From contig JBBWZJ010000131.1 in the NCBI GenBank assembly GCA_039648985.1, positions 1 through 59,869 on the forward strand: a stretch of 59,869 bases of DNA, in the 5' to 3' direction. Made by a program: the position numbers and the translations under genes. The notes beneath the pieces are model-generated. The model searched no databases. It was not told the origin of the DNA and saw only the letters and a program-made list of their open reading frames with translations. Positions 10,040 to 17,347 of this stretch are shown piece by piece. The stretch comes from Acidobacteriota bacterium. Lineage in GTDB: Bacteria > Acidobacteriota > Vicinamibacteria > Vicinamibacterales > 2-12-FULL-66-21. Position 1 is the stretch's first letter, and each line of letters starts with the position of its first letter.

Positions 10040-10588
10040 ATGCAGATACTTCGCGTCTACGATCCGGCGCGCCGGCCGCCCAATTGGACGGACATCATCC
10101 GGCCGGGTCAGTTCGTCGCGTTTGCCAGCCATCTCGAAACCGAGGCGCCGTGCGATCCCACCGGCACGCCAGTGCCCGGGGACGCATCCACCTGCGTCAT
10201 CTACGATTCCCTGGGCGAAGCAACAGCGTTCACCCGCGAGGCCGTGCAGAACGCTCCGGCTGTGCGATTCGACATCTTCGACTCGGCCGGCCGCAGTCTG
10301 CCGCCGCTGCTCACGGTCGTGCATCCGGGCCGGGTGCCGACGCTCGACGGCAATCCCACAGCCGCGCGACGCAACCGCATCGGCGCCCTTGCGCTCGTCG
10401 CCGCGGCGCCGATCCTCTTCTGGTTCGACTGGGCACGGCACGATGGGCTGTTGATTCTCCCGACGGTGCTCGGAATCAACATGATCATCATCGCCACCCG
10501 GCTGCTGCAGCTGAACAGCGCCCATGCGTCGGCGGCGCGCTCCCGCCGGGAGCGGCTCGCCGCGCACGGCGGCGATCCTGACGCCTGA
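10040..10588 (+). CDS. Hypothetical protein with C-terminal two-helix membrane anchor
   Basis: 182-aa ORF with GC3-rich codon usage like its neighbours. Its composition is non-repetitive, and two hydrophobic helices are visible (IGALALVAAAPILFWF, LLILPTVLGINMIIIATRLL). The competing minus-strand ORF 9965..10711 is Arg-rich. I recognise no family. Confidence 0.5.
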   Translation: MQILRVYDPARRPPNWTDIIRPGQFVAFASHLETEAPCDPTGTPVPGDASTCVIYDSLGEATAFTREAVQNAPAVRFDIFDSAGRSLPPLLTVVHPGRVPTLDGNPTAARRNRIGALALVAAAPILFWFDWARHDGLLILPTVLGINMIIIATRLLQLNSAHASAARSRRERLAAHGGDPDA

Positions 10589-10637
10589 CACCTCGTCCTG
10601 GCGGGGATGAAACCTTTCGGGGCTGTCGACCGTCCAA

Positions 10638-10997
10638 GTGCGAGAGATATCCCCCACAATGTGGTTGAATAGGACCCAGGCCCTCGGCGATTTCGAACAG
10701 CTGGTGCTCATGGGAGTGCTGCGGCTGGCGGACGAGGCCTACGGCGCCGCGATCCGCCGCGAGATTCACGACCGATCGGGCCGGGACGTCTCGATCAACG
10801 CCGTCTACACCACGCTCGACCGCCTCGAAGGCAAAGGGCTTCTGCGGTCGTGGGTGGGGGCGCCCACGGCCCAGCGCGGCGGGCGCCGCCGGAAGTTCTA
10901 CGAGCTCCGTCCGGCCGGCATCGCGGCCCTCCGCCAGGCATACCACGCCTTCCACGCGATGGCGGACGGTCTCGAAGCTCGCCTGGGCGCCAAATGA
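10638..10997 (+). CDS. PadR-family transcriptional regulator
   Basis: The winged-helix signature is visible (LGDFEQLVLMGVLRLADEAYGAAIRREIHDRSGRDVSINAVYTTLDRLEGKGLL). Its stop overlaps the start of the downstream permease (ATGA at 10994-10997). An alternative start is the ATG at 10659. Confidence 0.85.
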   Translation: MREISPTMWLNRTQALGDFEQLVLMGVLRLADEAYGAAIRREIHDRSGRDVSINAVYTTLDRLEGKGLLRSWVGAPTAQRGGRRRKFYELRPAGIAALRQAYHAFHAMADGLEARLGAK

Positions 10998-13636
10998 GAT
11001 CCACTCCGCCGCGACTGGCGGTGTGGCTCCTGGATCGGCGGCTGCCCGACACCTGGCGCGATTACGTCGTGGGCGATCTGGTGGAGGAGTTCCATGCGCG
11101 CGCCGAGGCGTCGGAGCCCGCCGCACGGCGCTGGTTCTGGCGTCAGGCCCTGCGCTGCATAGCGGCGCCGCCGCCTGTGCTGTGGCACGCAACCGTGCCG
11201 CAGGATTCACCGGGAGATTCGATGTTCCGTACACTGCTTGCCGATTTTCGCTATGGGATCCGGATTCTCTCCCGTACTCCGGCCTTCACGCTCGCTGTCG
11301 TCGGCGTGCTCGCGCTCGGGCTGGGCGCGAACACGGCCATGTTCAGCATCGTGAACACGGTGTTGCTCCGCCCCCTGCCGTTCGACCAGCCGGACCGGCT
11401 CGTGCGCCTCTTCCATACGCCTCCCCAGGCGGCGTTTCCGGGCATTCACCGTTTCTCTGTTTCGGCGGCGAACTTCTACGACTGGAAGCGCGACGCGCGG
11501 GGCTTCGAGGGCATGGCGGTGTACCGGTTCCGGCAATTCACGCTCACGGGCGGCGCAGAGGTGAAGTCGATCGTGGCCGGAGCCGTCGATCCGGACCTCT
11601 TCAAGGTGGTGCGCGCGCAGCCGTCGCAGGGCCGGACCTTCCTGCCCGAGGAAGATTCGCCGGCGCGCGGACACGTGGCCATCGTCAGCCATGGCTTCTG
11701 GCGGAGTCATTTTGGCGGCGCCGACGTCATCGGCAGGACGGTGACGCTCGACGGCGACCCGTACACGGTCGTCGGGGTGATGCCGGCCAGCTTCAGCGTC
11801 CGCTCATGGGACCTGACGGCGCGTGATATCTGGGTGCCGCTGGCGTTCACGAGCGAGCAGCGCGCGGTGCGCGACAACCATAACGATCAGGTCGTGGCGC
11901 GGCTTGCGCCGGCTGTGGACGTGCGCCGCGCCCAGTCCGAAATGGATCTCGTGTCGGCCCGGCTCGAGCGCGAGTACCCGGAGAGCAACGCCGGCTGGGG
12001 CGCAACCGTCATTCCGCTGCAGGAGCTCATTGTCGGCGACATCCGCAGGACGCTCCTGATGCTCCTCGGCGCCGTCACCCTCGTTCTGCTGATTGCATGC
12101 GCGAACGTCGGCAACCTGCTGCTCGCGCGCGCCTTCGGCAGGCGCAAGGAAATGGCAATCCGCTCGGCTCTGGGGGCGGGGCGCCGGCGCGTGTTCCAGC
12201 AGTTGTTCGTCGAAGCGCTGCTGCTCGCGCTCGCCGGCGGCGCGGCGGGCCTTGTGTTCGCGCGCCTGGCGCTCGACGCGACCGCGGCGCTCCTCGCCGA
12301 TCAGGTGCCGAGGGCCGATGAGATCGCCATCGATCTGCGCGTGGTGCTCTTCGTACTCGCGGCGTCGTTCGTCACGGGCGTTCTCGCCGGAGCGGTCCCC
12401 GCGCTTCGCGCCAGCAACACGGACTTGAACGGGGCGCTCAAGGAGGGCGGCCGGAACGACGCGGCAGTCGGGCTGCGGACGCGGCGCCTGCTGATCGTGT
12501 GCGAAGTGTCGCTGTCGCTCGTCCTCCTCATGACCGCCGGTGTGATGTTCCGGACCCTCGTGGCGCTCCGGAATGTGGACACGGGCTACAACCCGCACGG
12601 TGTGCTCACGCTCTCGGTGTCGCTGCCGGGCACGCGGTACAAGACGCCTGCCGAGAAAACCGCGTTCTTCGACGCCGCACTCGAGCGGATCCGCGCGCTG
12701 CCCGGCGTGCAGTCGGCCGCGACGATTGACACGCTGCCGTCGCAGGGGGGCTCGGTACAGCCCGCCGTGCCAGAAGGCACCGCGGAGCTCTCGCCGCGCG
12801 ACCAGCCGACGGTCGCCGTGCGGCAGGTCTCGCCGGAGTATCTGAAGACCATGCAGGTGCCGCTGCGACGCGGACGCGACGTAGCCTACACCGACCGCGA
12901 GGCGCTGCTCGTCAGCGCGTCGGCCGCGCGGCTCCTCTGGGGCGACGCGGATCCGGTCGGGCGCCGCGTGACGCTGCCTCTCATGTCGAAGACGCTCACG
13001 CGCGAGGTCGTCGGGATCGTCGCGGACGTGAAGCTCGGTGAGCTCTCCGAGGCTCCCGTTCCGACGATCTACCTTTACACGCATCAGCAGCCGTCGCCTG
13101 AACTGGCGGTCGTGATACGCACGGCCGTGCCGCCCTTGACGCTGGCCCAGGCCGCTGCCGGCGCAATCCGATCGCTCGACGCGGCCCAGCCGGTCGACAA
13201 CATCGAGACCATGGACAGCGTGCTCGAGCAGACGCTGACCTCCCAGCGGTTCAGCGCGCTGCTGCTGGGCGGGTTCGCCTGCGTGGCGCTGTCGCTCGCG
13301 TCGGTGGGGATCTACAGCGTGCTGTCGTACATCGTCCGGGGCCGCAGCCAGGAGATCGGCATCCGGACGGCGCTCGGGGCGCGAACGTCGGACGTCGTCC
13401 GGCTCGTCGTGTTCGAGGGCATGGCGCCTGCGCTCGTCGGCATCGCGATCGGCGTCGTGGCGGCGCTTGGTGTGGCGCCGCTGCTCGAGAAGCTCGTGTT
13501 CGGGGTGAACGCGTCGGATCCGATCACGTTGGTCGGCGTCGCCGGCGTTCTGGCGTTCGTCGCGCTCGCGGCGAGCCTGGTGCCTGCCTACCGCGCATCA
13601 CGGCTCGATCCGCTCACGGTCCTCCGGGCAGGGTGA
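10994..13636 (+). CDS. ADOP-type (MacB/FtsX-like) duplicated orphan permease with N-terminal PadR-associated extension
   Basis: The start at 10994 is coupled to the padR stop. The N-terminus reads MRSTPPRLAVWLLDRRLP..., followed by FRYGIRILSRTPAFTLAVVGVLALGLGANTAMFSIVNTVLLRPLPF. Two FtsX-like modules are present. It is a paralogue of 7344..9785. Confidence 0.9.
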   Translation: MRSTPPRLAVWLLDRRLPDTWRDYVVGDLVEEFHARAEASEPAARRWFWRQALRCIAAPPPVLWHATVPQDSPGDSMFRTLLADFRYGIRILSRTPAFTLAVVGVLALGLGANTAMFSIVNTVLLRPLPFDQPDRLVRLFHTPPQAAFPGIHRFSVSAANFYDWKRDARGFEGMAVYRFRQFTLTGGAEVKSIVAGAVDPDLFKVVRAQPSQGRTFLPEEDSPARGHVAIVSHGFWRSHFGGADVIGRTVTLDGDPYTVVGVMPASFSVRSWDLTARDIWVPLAFTSEQRAVRDNHNDQVVARLAPAVDVRRAQSEMDLVSARLEREYPESNAGWGATVIPLQELIVGDIRRTLLMLLGAVTLVLLIACANVGNLLLARAFGRRKEMAIRSALGAGRRRVFQQLFVEALLLALAGGAAGLVFARLALDATAALLADQVPRADEIAIDLRVVLFVLAASFVTGVLAGAVPALRASNTDLNGALKEGGRNDAAVGLRTRRLLIVCEVSLSLVLLMTAGVMFRTLVALRNVDTGYNPHGVLTLSVSLPGTRYKTPAEKTAFFDAALERIRALPGVQSAATIDTLPSQGGSVQPAVPEGTAELSPRDQPTVAVRQVSPEYLKTMQVPLRRGRDVAYTDREALLVSASAARLLWGDADPVGRRVTLPLMSKTLTREVVGIVADVKLGELSEAPVPTIYLYTHQQPSPELAVVIRTAVPPLTLAQAAAGAIRSLDAAQPVDNIETMDSVLEQTLTSQRFSALLLGGFACVALSLASVGIYSVLSYIVRGRSQEIGIRTALGARTSDVVRLVVFEGMAPALVGIAIGVVAALGVAPLLEKLVFGVNASDPITLVGVAGVLAFVALAASLVPAYRASRLDPLTVLRAG

Positions 13637-13660
13637 CCCGCCGGCGGGCAAAGCCGGGGC

Positions 13661-13990
13661 CTACGCGCCGTCGAACAGTTTCAGCGCGAGCGTGCCATGC
13701 GTGACAGCGGCTCCGGCCCTGAGCGCGGCGGCCAGGAACACGACTTCCGCCACCTCCTCCCGCGTCGCGCCGGCGCGCTTGGCGCCTCGTGTGTGCACGT
13801 CGAGGCAGTACGGACACTGCGTCGTACAGGCGACTCCGAGCGCGATCAGCTCGCGGTACTTCCGCGGTATCGCGCCATCTTCCTTTGCGACGATGGAATC
13901 GAGCGCGACGAAGCCCTGGAACTCCGCCGGGGCAAGCTGCTTCAATTGCGACAACAGCTTCAGGTCGTCGCGGTCGTGATAGTGACTCAT
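13661..13990 (-). CDS. Carboxymuconolactone decarboxylase / AhpD-like family protein
   Basis: 109-aa ORF with an AhpD-type CxxC (CTTQCPYCLDVH) and a helical core typical of CMD-domain proteins. Confidence 0.9.
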   Translation of the reverse strand: MSHYHDRDDLKLLSQLKQLAPAEFQGFVALDSIVAKEDGAIPRKYRELIALGVACTTQCPYCLDVHTRGAKRAGATREEVAEVVFLAAALRAGAAVTHGTLALKLFDGA

Positions 13991-14130
13991 CGTGTCTCCC
14001 TGGCGTCAATCGCAGCGCATCGGGAACGCAGCGACTTTCGTGAAACGGAACCGACGGATGTGACGTACGGGTGGCCTCGGGTGACGCATCGCCGCGGCTG
14101 TGGGGCCGCGGCAAGCACCGCCCGACCGGG

Positions 14131-15390
14131 TCAGTTCGCGCCGCTTCGAGCGATGGCGACGAGGGCGACCCGGTTCACTCCGCTCTCCGCGAGCGCGAGA
14201 TTGCCGTCGCGGGTCGGCATCATGTTGCGCACGACTCCGCCGCCCGCGGGAATGATCCACGTCTGGAACTTCTCCGTGCCCGGATCGAACCGCACGAGCG
14301 TGTTGGGCCTGACGGCTGACTCGCTGTACCAGATCGCGCCGCCGGTTGCGGCAATCCCGTACGGTTCGGACTGCCGGCCCCCCGGCGACGGCCATTCCCT
14401 GACCGCGCCTGTGGCCGGATCGAGGCGCCCCAGATAACCGCGCGCGAAATCCGTGTACCAGACAACGTCGTCGGGCGTCAGCGCGATGCGCCTCGGGCGC
14501 GCGGTGGTCGCCGGCAGCGGATATTCCGTAATCTGCATCGTGACCGGGTCCACCCTGCCGACACGGTTGCCGCGGAAGTCCACATACCAGGGAACCCCCT
14601 TCGAGTTGACCTGGATGCCGTACGGATAGGTGTTGGCACTCGGCGTGGCCGCCACCTTCATCGCCCCGGTCGAGGGCTCGAGTCTGCCCACCTGGCCCGA
14701 TTGTAGCGTGAAGAACAGCGTGCCCTTCTGGTCGAATATCGGCGTGTGCGGACCGCGGGCGCCATCGGGCAGCGGGTATTCCGTCACGTGGCCGGTCTTC
14801 GGATCGAGCTTGCCGACATACGTGCTCTGGTTCGCTGTGAACCAGATGTTCCCCGCTTTGTCTTCGACGAGCCCGTGCGGGCCGGAACCGGCCCTCGGGA
14901 GCGGGAACTCCTTCATCTGACCAGTCGACGGATCCAGCCGCCCGAGGACGTTCGCGAACATGCCGCTCCACCAGATGGATCCGTCCGCCGCGGCCAGCGG
15001 ATCGTGCGGGCGCGAGCCGAGGCTCGGCACGATCCATTCCTTGAACGAGACCGCCACCGGACCGGGGATCACCACCGCCTCGGGCGCCGGGCGGGGCGGG
15101 AAATTGGCCGCGAGATACGCCGCGATGGCCGTGGCCTGATCGTCCGGCAACGCGACCATCGACCCGAACAGCTGCCGCCACCCCGCCTGTGTGTTGCCCC
15201 ACGAATTCGCGATCAGGTTGAGGCCGTGGCAGCGCGCGCACGTGCCCTGGACCATCTCGCGCCCCGGACCGTCCGGAAGAACGACGGCCTGCCCCCCGCG
15301 GCCCTGCGCGCCGAGTCCGATCGCGAGGGTCGCGGAGGCCATCGCTGTCGCCGCAACAACGCACGAAGTCGCTTTTCGCATGGTCCCCAT
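14131..15390 (-). CDS. Secreted c-type cytochrome domain fused to a Vgb-like (virginiamycin B lyase-like) beta-propeller
   Basis: A heme-binding CxxCH is present (GTCARCHG). It is followed by repeated propeller blades such as GPHGLVEDKAGNIWFT, GPHTPIFDQKGTLFFT, PYGIQVNSKGVPWYV and PYGIAATGGAIWYS. I trimmed the start to the ATG at 15390 (the ATG at 15381 is also possible), just ahead of the signal peptide RKATSCVVAATAMASATLA. Confidence 0.75.
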   Translation of the reverse strand: MGTMRKATSCVVAATAMASATLAIGLGAQGRGGQAVVLPDGPGREMVQGTCARCHGLNLIANSWGNTQAGWRQLFGSMVALPDDQATAIAAYLAANFPPRPAPEAVVIPGPVAVSFKEWIVPSLGSRPHDPLAAADGSIWWSGMFANVLGRLDPSTGQMKEFPLPRAGSGPHGLVEDKAGNIWFTANQSTYVGKLDPKTGHVTEYPLPDGARGPHTPIFDQKGTLFFTLQSGQVGRLEPSTGAMKVAATPSANTYPYGIQVNSKGVPWYVDFRGNRVGRVDPVTMQITEYPLPATTARPRRIALTPDDVVWYTDFARGYLGRLDPATGAVREWPSPGGRQSEPYGIAATGGAIWYSESAVRPNTLVRFDPGTEKFQTWIIPAGGGVVRNMMPTRDGNLALAESGVNRVALVAIARSGAN

Positions 15391-15458
15391 AATTTTGCCA
15401 GCTTCGCCCAGGAACCTCTCGCAAATCATATGACTACGCGGCATGACCACCACGGTGT

Positions 15459-15489
15459 TTGACCTATTGTACCAATACACTGGTATAAT
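15459..15489 (+). promoter_or_regulatory. Sigma-70-like promoter (TTGACC, 19-nt spacer, extended -10 TGGTATAAT) overlapping a GntR-type inverted repeat
   Basis: An AT-rich island sits in a GC-rich window. TTGACC is at 15459-15464 and TGGTATAAT at 15481-15489. The inverted repeat TGTACCA-N6-TGGTATA (15468-15487, 6/7 complementary) lies inside the spacer and -10. Only 8 nt separate the -10 from the GTG start at 15498. Confidence 0.5.
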
Positions 15490-15497
15490 AAGCGCAC

Positions 15498-15872
15498 GTG
15501 AGCCTCGTCTCCATTGACCCGCGCGACGCCACGCCGATCTACGCGCAGCTCGAACGTGGCCTGCGCGCGGCCGTGGCGACCGGCCGCCTGGCGCAGGGCG
15601 ATCAGCTGCCTACCGTCAGGCAGCTCGCCGTGGACCTTCGCATCAACGCGAACACGGTCGCCCGCGTCTACGCCGAGCTCGAGCGTGCGGGTGTGATCGA
15701 GACCCGGCGCGGCGTCGGCTCGTTCGTCAGCGCCACGCCGCTCCAGGCGCATCCGCCGCGCGACCAGGAGCGCCGGCTGCGGGCGTTCGTCACGCGAATA
15801 CTCGCGGATGCCGACGCGGCGGGGTTCAGCCTCGATGACGTGATCGCGGCGCTTCGCGAGCGCCAGACGTGA
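15498..15872 (+). CDS. GntR-family (YtrA-like, short) transcriptional regulator
   Basis: 124-aa ORF with the typical GntR N-terminal winged helix (PIYAQLERGLRAAVATGRLAQGDQLPTVRQLAVDLRINANTVARVYAELERAGVIETRRGVGSFV). The GTG at 15498 is the only in-frame start upstream of the conserved PIY. Confidence 0.85.
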   Translation: MSLVSIDPRDATPIYAQLERGLRAAVATGRLAQGDQLPTVRQLAVDLRINANTVARVYAELERAGVIETRRGVGSFVSATPLQAHPPRDQERRLRAFVTRILADADAAGFSLDDVIAALRERQT

Positions 15873-15932
15873 TGGCGCCACGATGGGCGCCGCCCCCGGC
15901 GCGGTTTCCGCAAGTTATCTGAAAGGAAGCAG

Positions 15933-16886
15933 ATGGCCTTCATCGACCTGACTCGTCGTTCGGAAGGAGCGGGAGCCGCGGGCGCCCGGCTCGGGCGCGC
16001 CAACGTCGTCGCGATCGTGATCCTGCTGGCGTGCATCCTCGCGGGCGTTCTCGGCACAGTCGCGACGGGCAGCCCCGCGCCGATCCTGATCTCTGCAATG
16101 GCCGGGGCCGTACTGATGCAATCGCCGAAAGTCGCGCAGCAATGGGAGCGCGCCGTGGTGCTGCGGCTCGGACGCTTCGTCGGCCTGCGCGGTCCGGGGC
16201 TGTTCTGGATCGTGCCGTTCGTCGACCGCGTGTCGTCGTGGATCGATCAGCGGACGATCACGACGAGCTTTGCAGCCGAGCAGACGCTGACGTCCGACAC
16301 CGTGCCGGTGAACGTCGACGCCGTGCTGTTCTGGATGGTGTACGACGCGCAGAAGGCCGCCCTCGAGGTCCAGGACTACGCGCAGGCGGTGAGCTGGGCG
16401 GCGCAGACGGCGCTCCGCGACGTCATCGGCCGCACGCCGCTCACCGAACTGCTCCGCGGCCGCGAGCGGATTGAAGCGGATCTCCAGCAGCTCATCGACC
16501 AGCGCTCGACGCCGTGGGGCGTGACCGTCTCGTCGGTCGAGATGCGCGACATCGTGATCCCCGTGGCGCTCCAGGACGCCATGTCGCGGGAGGCGCAGGC
16601 GGCCCGCGAAAAGCAGGCGCGCATCATCCTGGGCGAGGCCGAGATGGAGATCGCACACTCGTTCCAGGAAGCGGCCCGATCGTACTACGACAATCCCACC
16701 GCGCTGCAGCTTCGCGCGATGAACATGTTGTACGAGGGGCTCAAGGACAAGGGCGCGCTGATGCTGATTCCCAGCAGCGCCGTGGATTCGCTCGGCATGG
16801 GTGGCATGCTCGGTGCCGCGGCTCTGCGGCACGAACGGCCGGCGCCGCCCGCCATCGACAAGGGAGACGATCGTGGAAAGCCATAG
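15933..16886 (+). CDS. SPFH/band-7 (stomatin-like) membrane protein
   Basis: An N-terminal membrane anchor is present (VVAIVILLACILAGVLGTV). The SPFH core is visible (LRGPGLFWIVPFVDRV...TLTSDTVPVNVDAVLFWMV...ALRDVIGRTPLTELL...VTVSSVEMRDIVIP...AAREKQARIILGEAE). The RBS GAAAGGAAG lies upstream of the ATG. Confidence 0.9.
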   Translation: MAFIDLTRRSEGAGAAGARLGRANVVAIVILLACILAGVLGTVATGSPAPILISAMAGAVLMQSPKVAQQWERAVVLRLGRFVGLRGPGLFWIVPFVDRVSSWIDQRTITTSFAAEQTLTSDTVPVNVDAVLFWMVYDAQKAALEVQDYAQAVSWAAQTALRDVIGRTPLTELLRGRERIEADLQQLIDQRSTPWGVTVSSVEMRDIVIPVALQDAMSREAQAAREKQARIILGEAEMEIAHSFQEAARSYYDNPTALQLRAMNMLYEGLKDKGALMLIPSSAVDSLGMGGMLGAAALRHERPAPPAIDKGDDRGKP

Positions 16887-16902
16887 TCCCGACCGGCTGA
16901 AC

Positions 16903-16977
16903 ATGCGCGTGTGGCTGATGCTCGCAGTTCTGGGTGCGGTGCTGTGCATCGTGGGCTGGCTGCGCGCTCTCGGCTGA
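16903..16977 (+). CDS. Candidate 24-aa single-helix micropeptide (MRVWLMLAVLGAVLCIVGWLRALG)
   Basis: This ORF is not in the track because it is under 60 aa. The ATG lies 16 nt after the SPFH stop on the same strand. The product is entirely hydrophobic with a basic N-terminus. No clear RBS is present, so this is speculative. Confidence 0.3.
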   Translation: MRVWLMLAVLGAVLCIVGWLRALG

Positions 16978-17139
16978 TCGCCAGCCGATTCATCGTCTCT
17001 TTCACGGTCCACCTGCCGATAGACATGTGCGTTCCGCTGCGCATGACGTGTGCCGTTGCGAGCCGCGGTCCCCTCCCGCGTCTCCGGCCGCCGGTCTGAC
17101 GTCGTATCCGATCCGCCTGTATCCGAATAGCGGGTCCCG

Positions 17140-17170
17140 GCGCGCGCTTCGCGCGCATTTGCGCTTTCCC
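17140..17170 (+). terminator. Candidate intrinsic terminator after the GntR-SPFH unit
   Basis: A GC-only 7-bp stem (GCGCGCG, loop CTT, CGCGCGC) at 17140-17156 is followed by ATTTGCGCTTTCCC. The U-tract is interrupted, so the call is weak. Confidence 0.35.
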
Positions 17171-17347
17171 TCAGATAAAACCCGCGTCCGCCGCGAAACG
17201 GCTCAGGTCGGCGCCCTTGCAGAAGCGCAGCGCACCGGGCTCGCCGCGTGCGGGCCCGCCGCCGGTGGTCTCAGTTGGAGCGACCGGCGCCGTTCGCCAC
17301 GCGCTCTCGACGTGACAGAGACCCTCTCCACGTCGCCAGGTGACGTC

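Noticed and set aside
9965-10711. 248-aa minus-strand ORF covering the gap between the two ADOP genes.
   Set aside because: It is Arg-rich and runs antisense through both the plus-strand hypothetical gene and the padR start. The plus-strand reading (10040..10588) has normal composition and two clear TM helices.
16934-17347. Upstream extensions of several ORF-track entries: HAF protein (16934..17347), S9 peptidase (23374..23637), ADOP (9786..10025 and 10850..10993), TonB-like (7009..7167), BACON lipoprotein (27868..27972), crystallin (20489..20575) and Nif3-like (20611..20700, 21156..21578).
   Set aside because: In each case the extension has junk-like composition. An internal ATG is followed immediately by a signal peptide, preceded by an RBS-like purine run, or coupled to the upstream stop codon.
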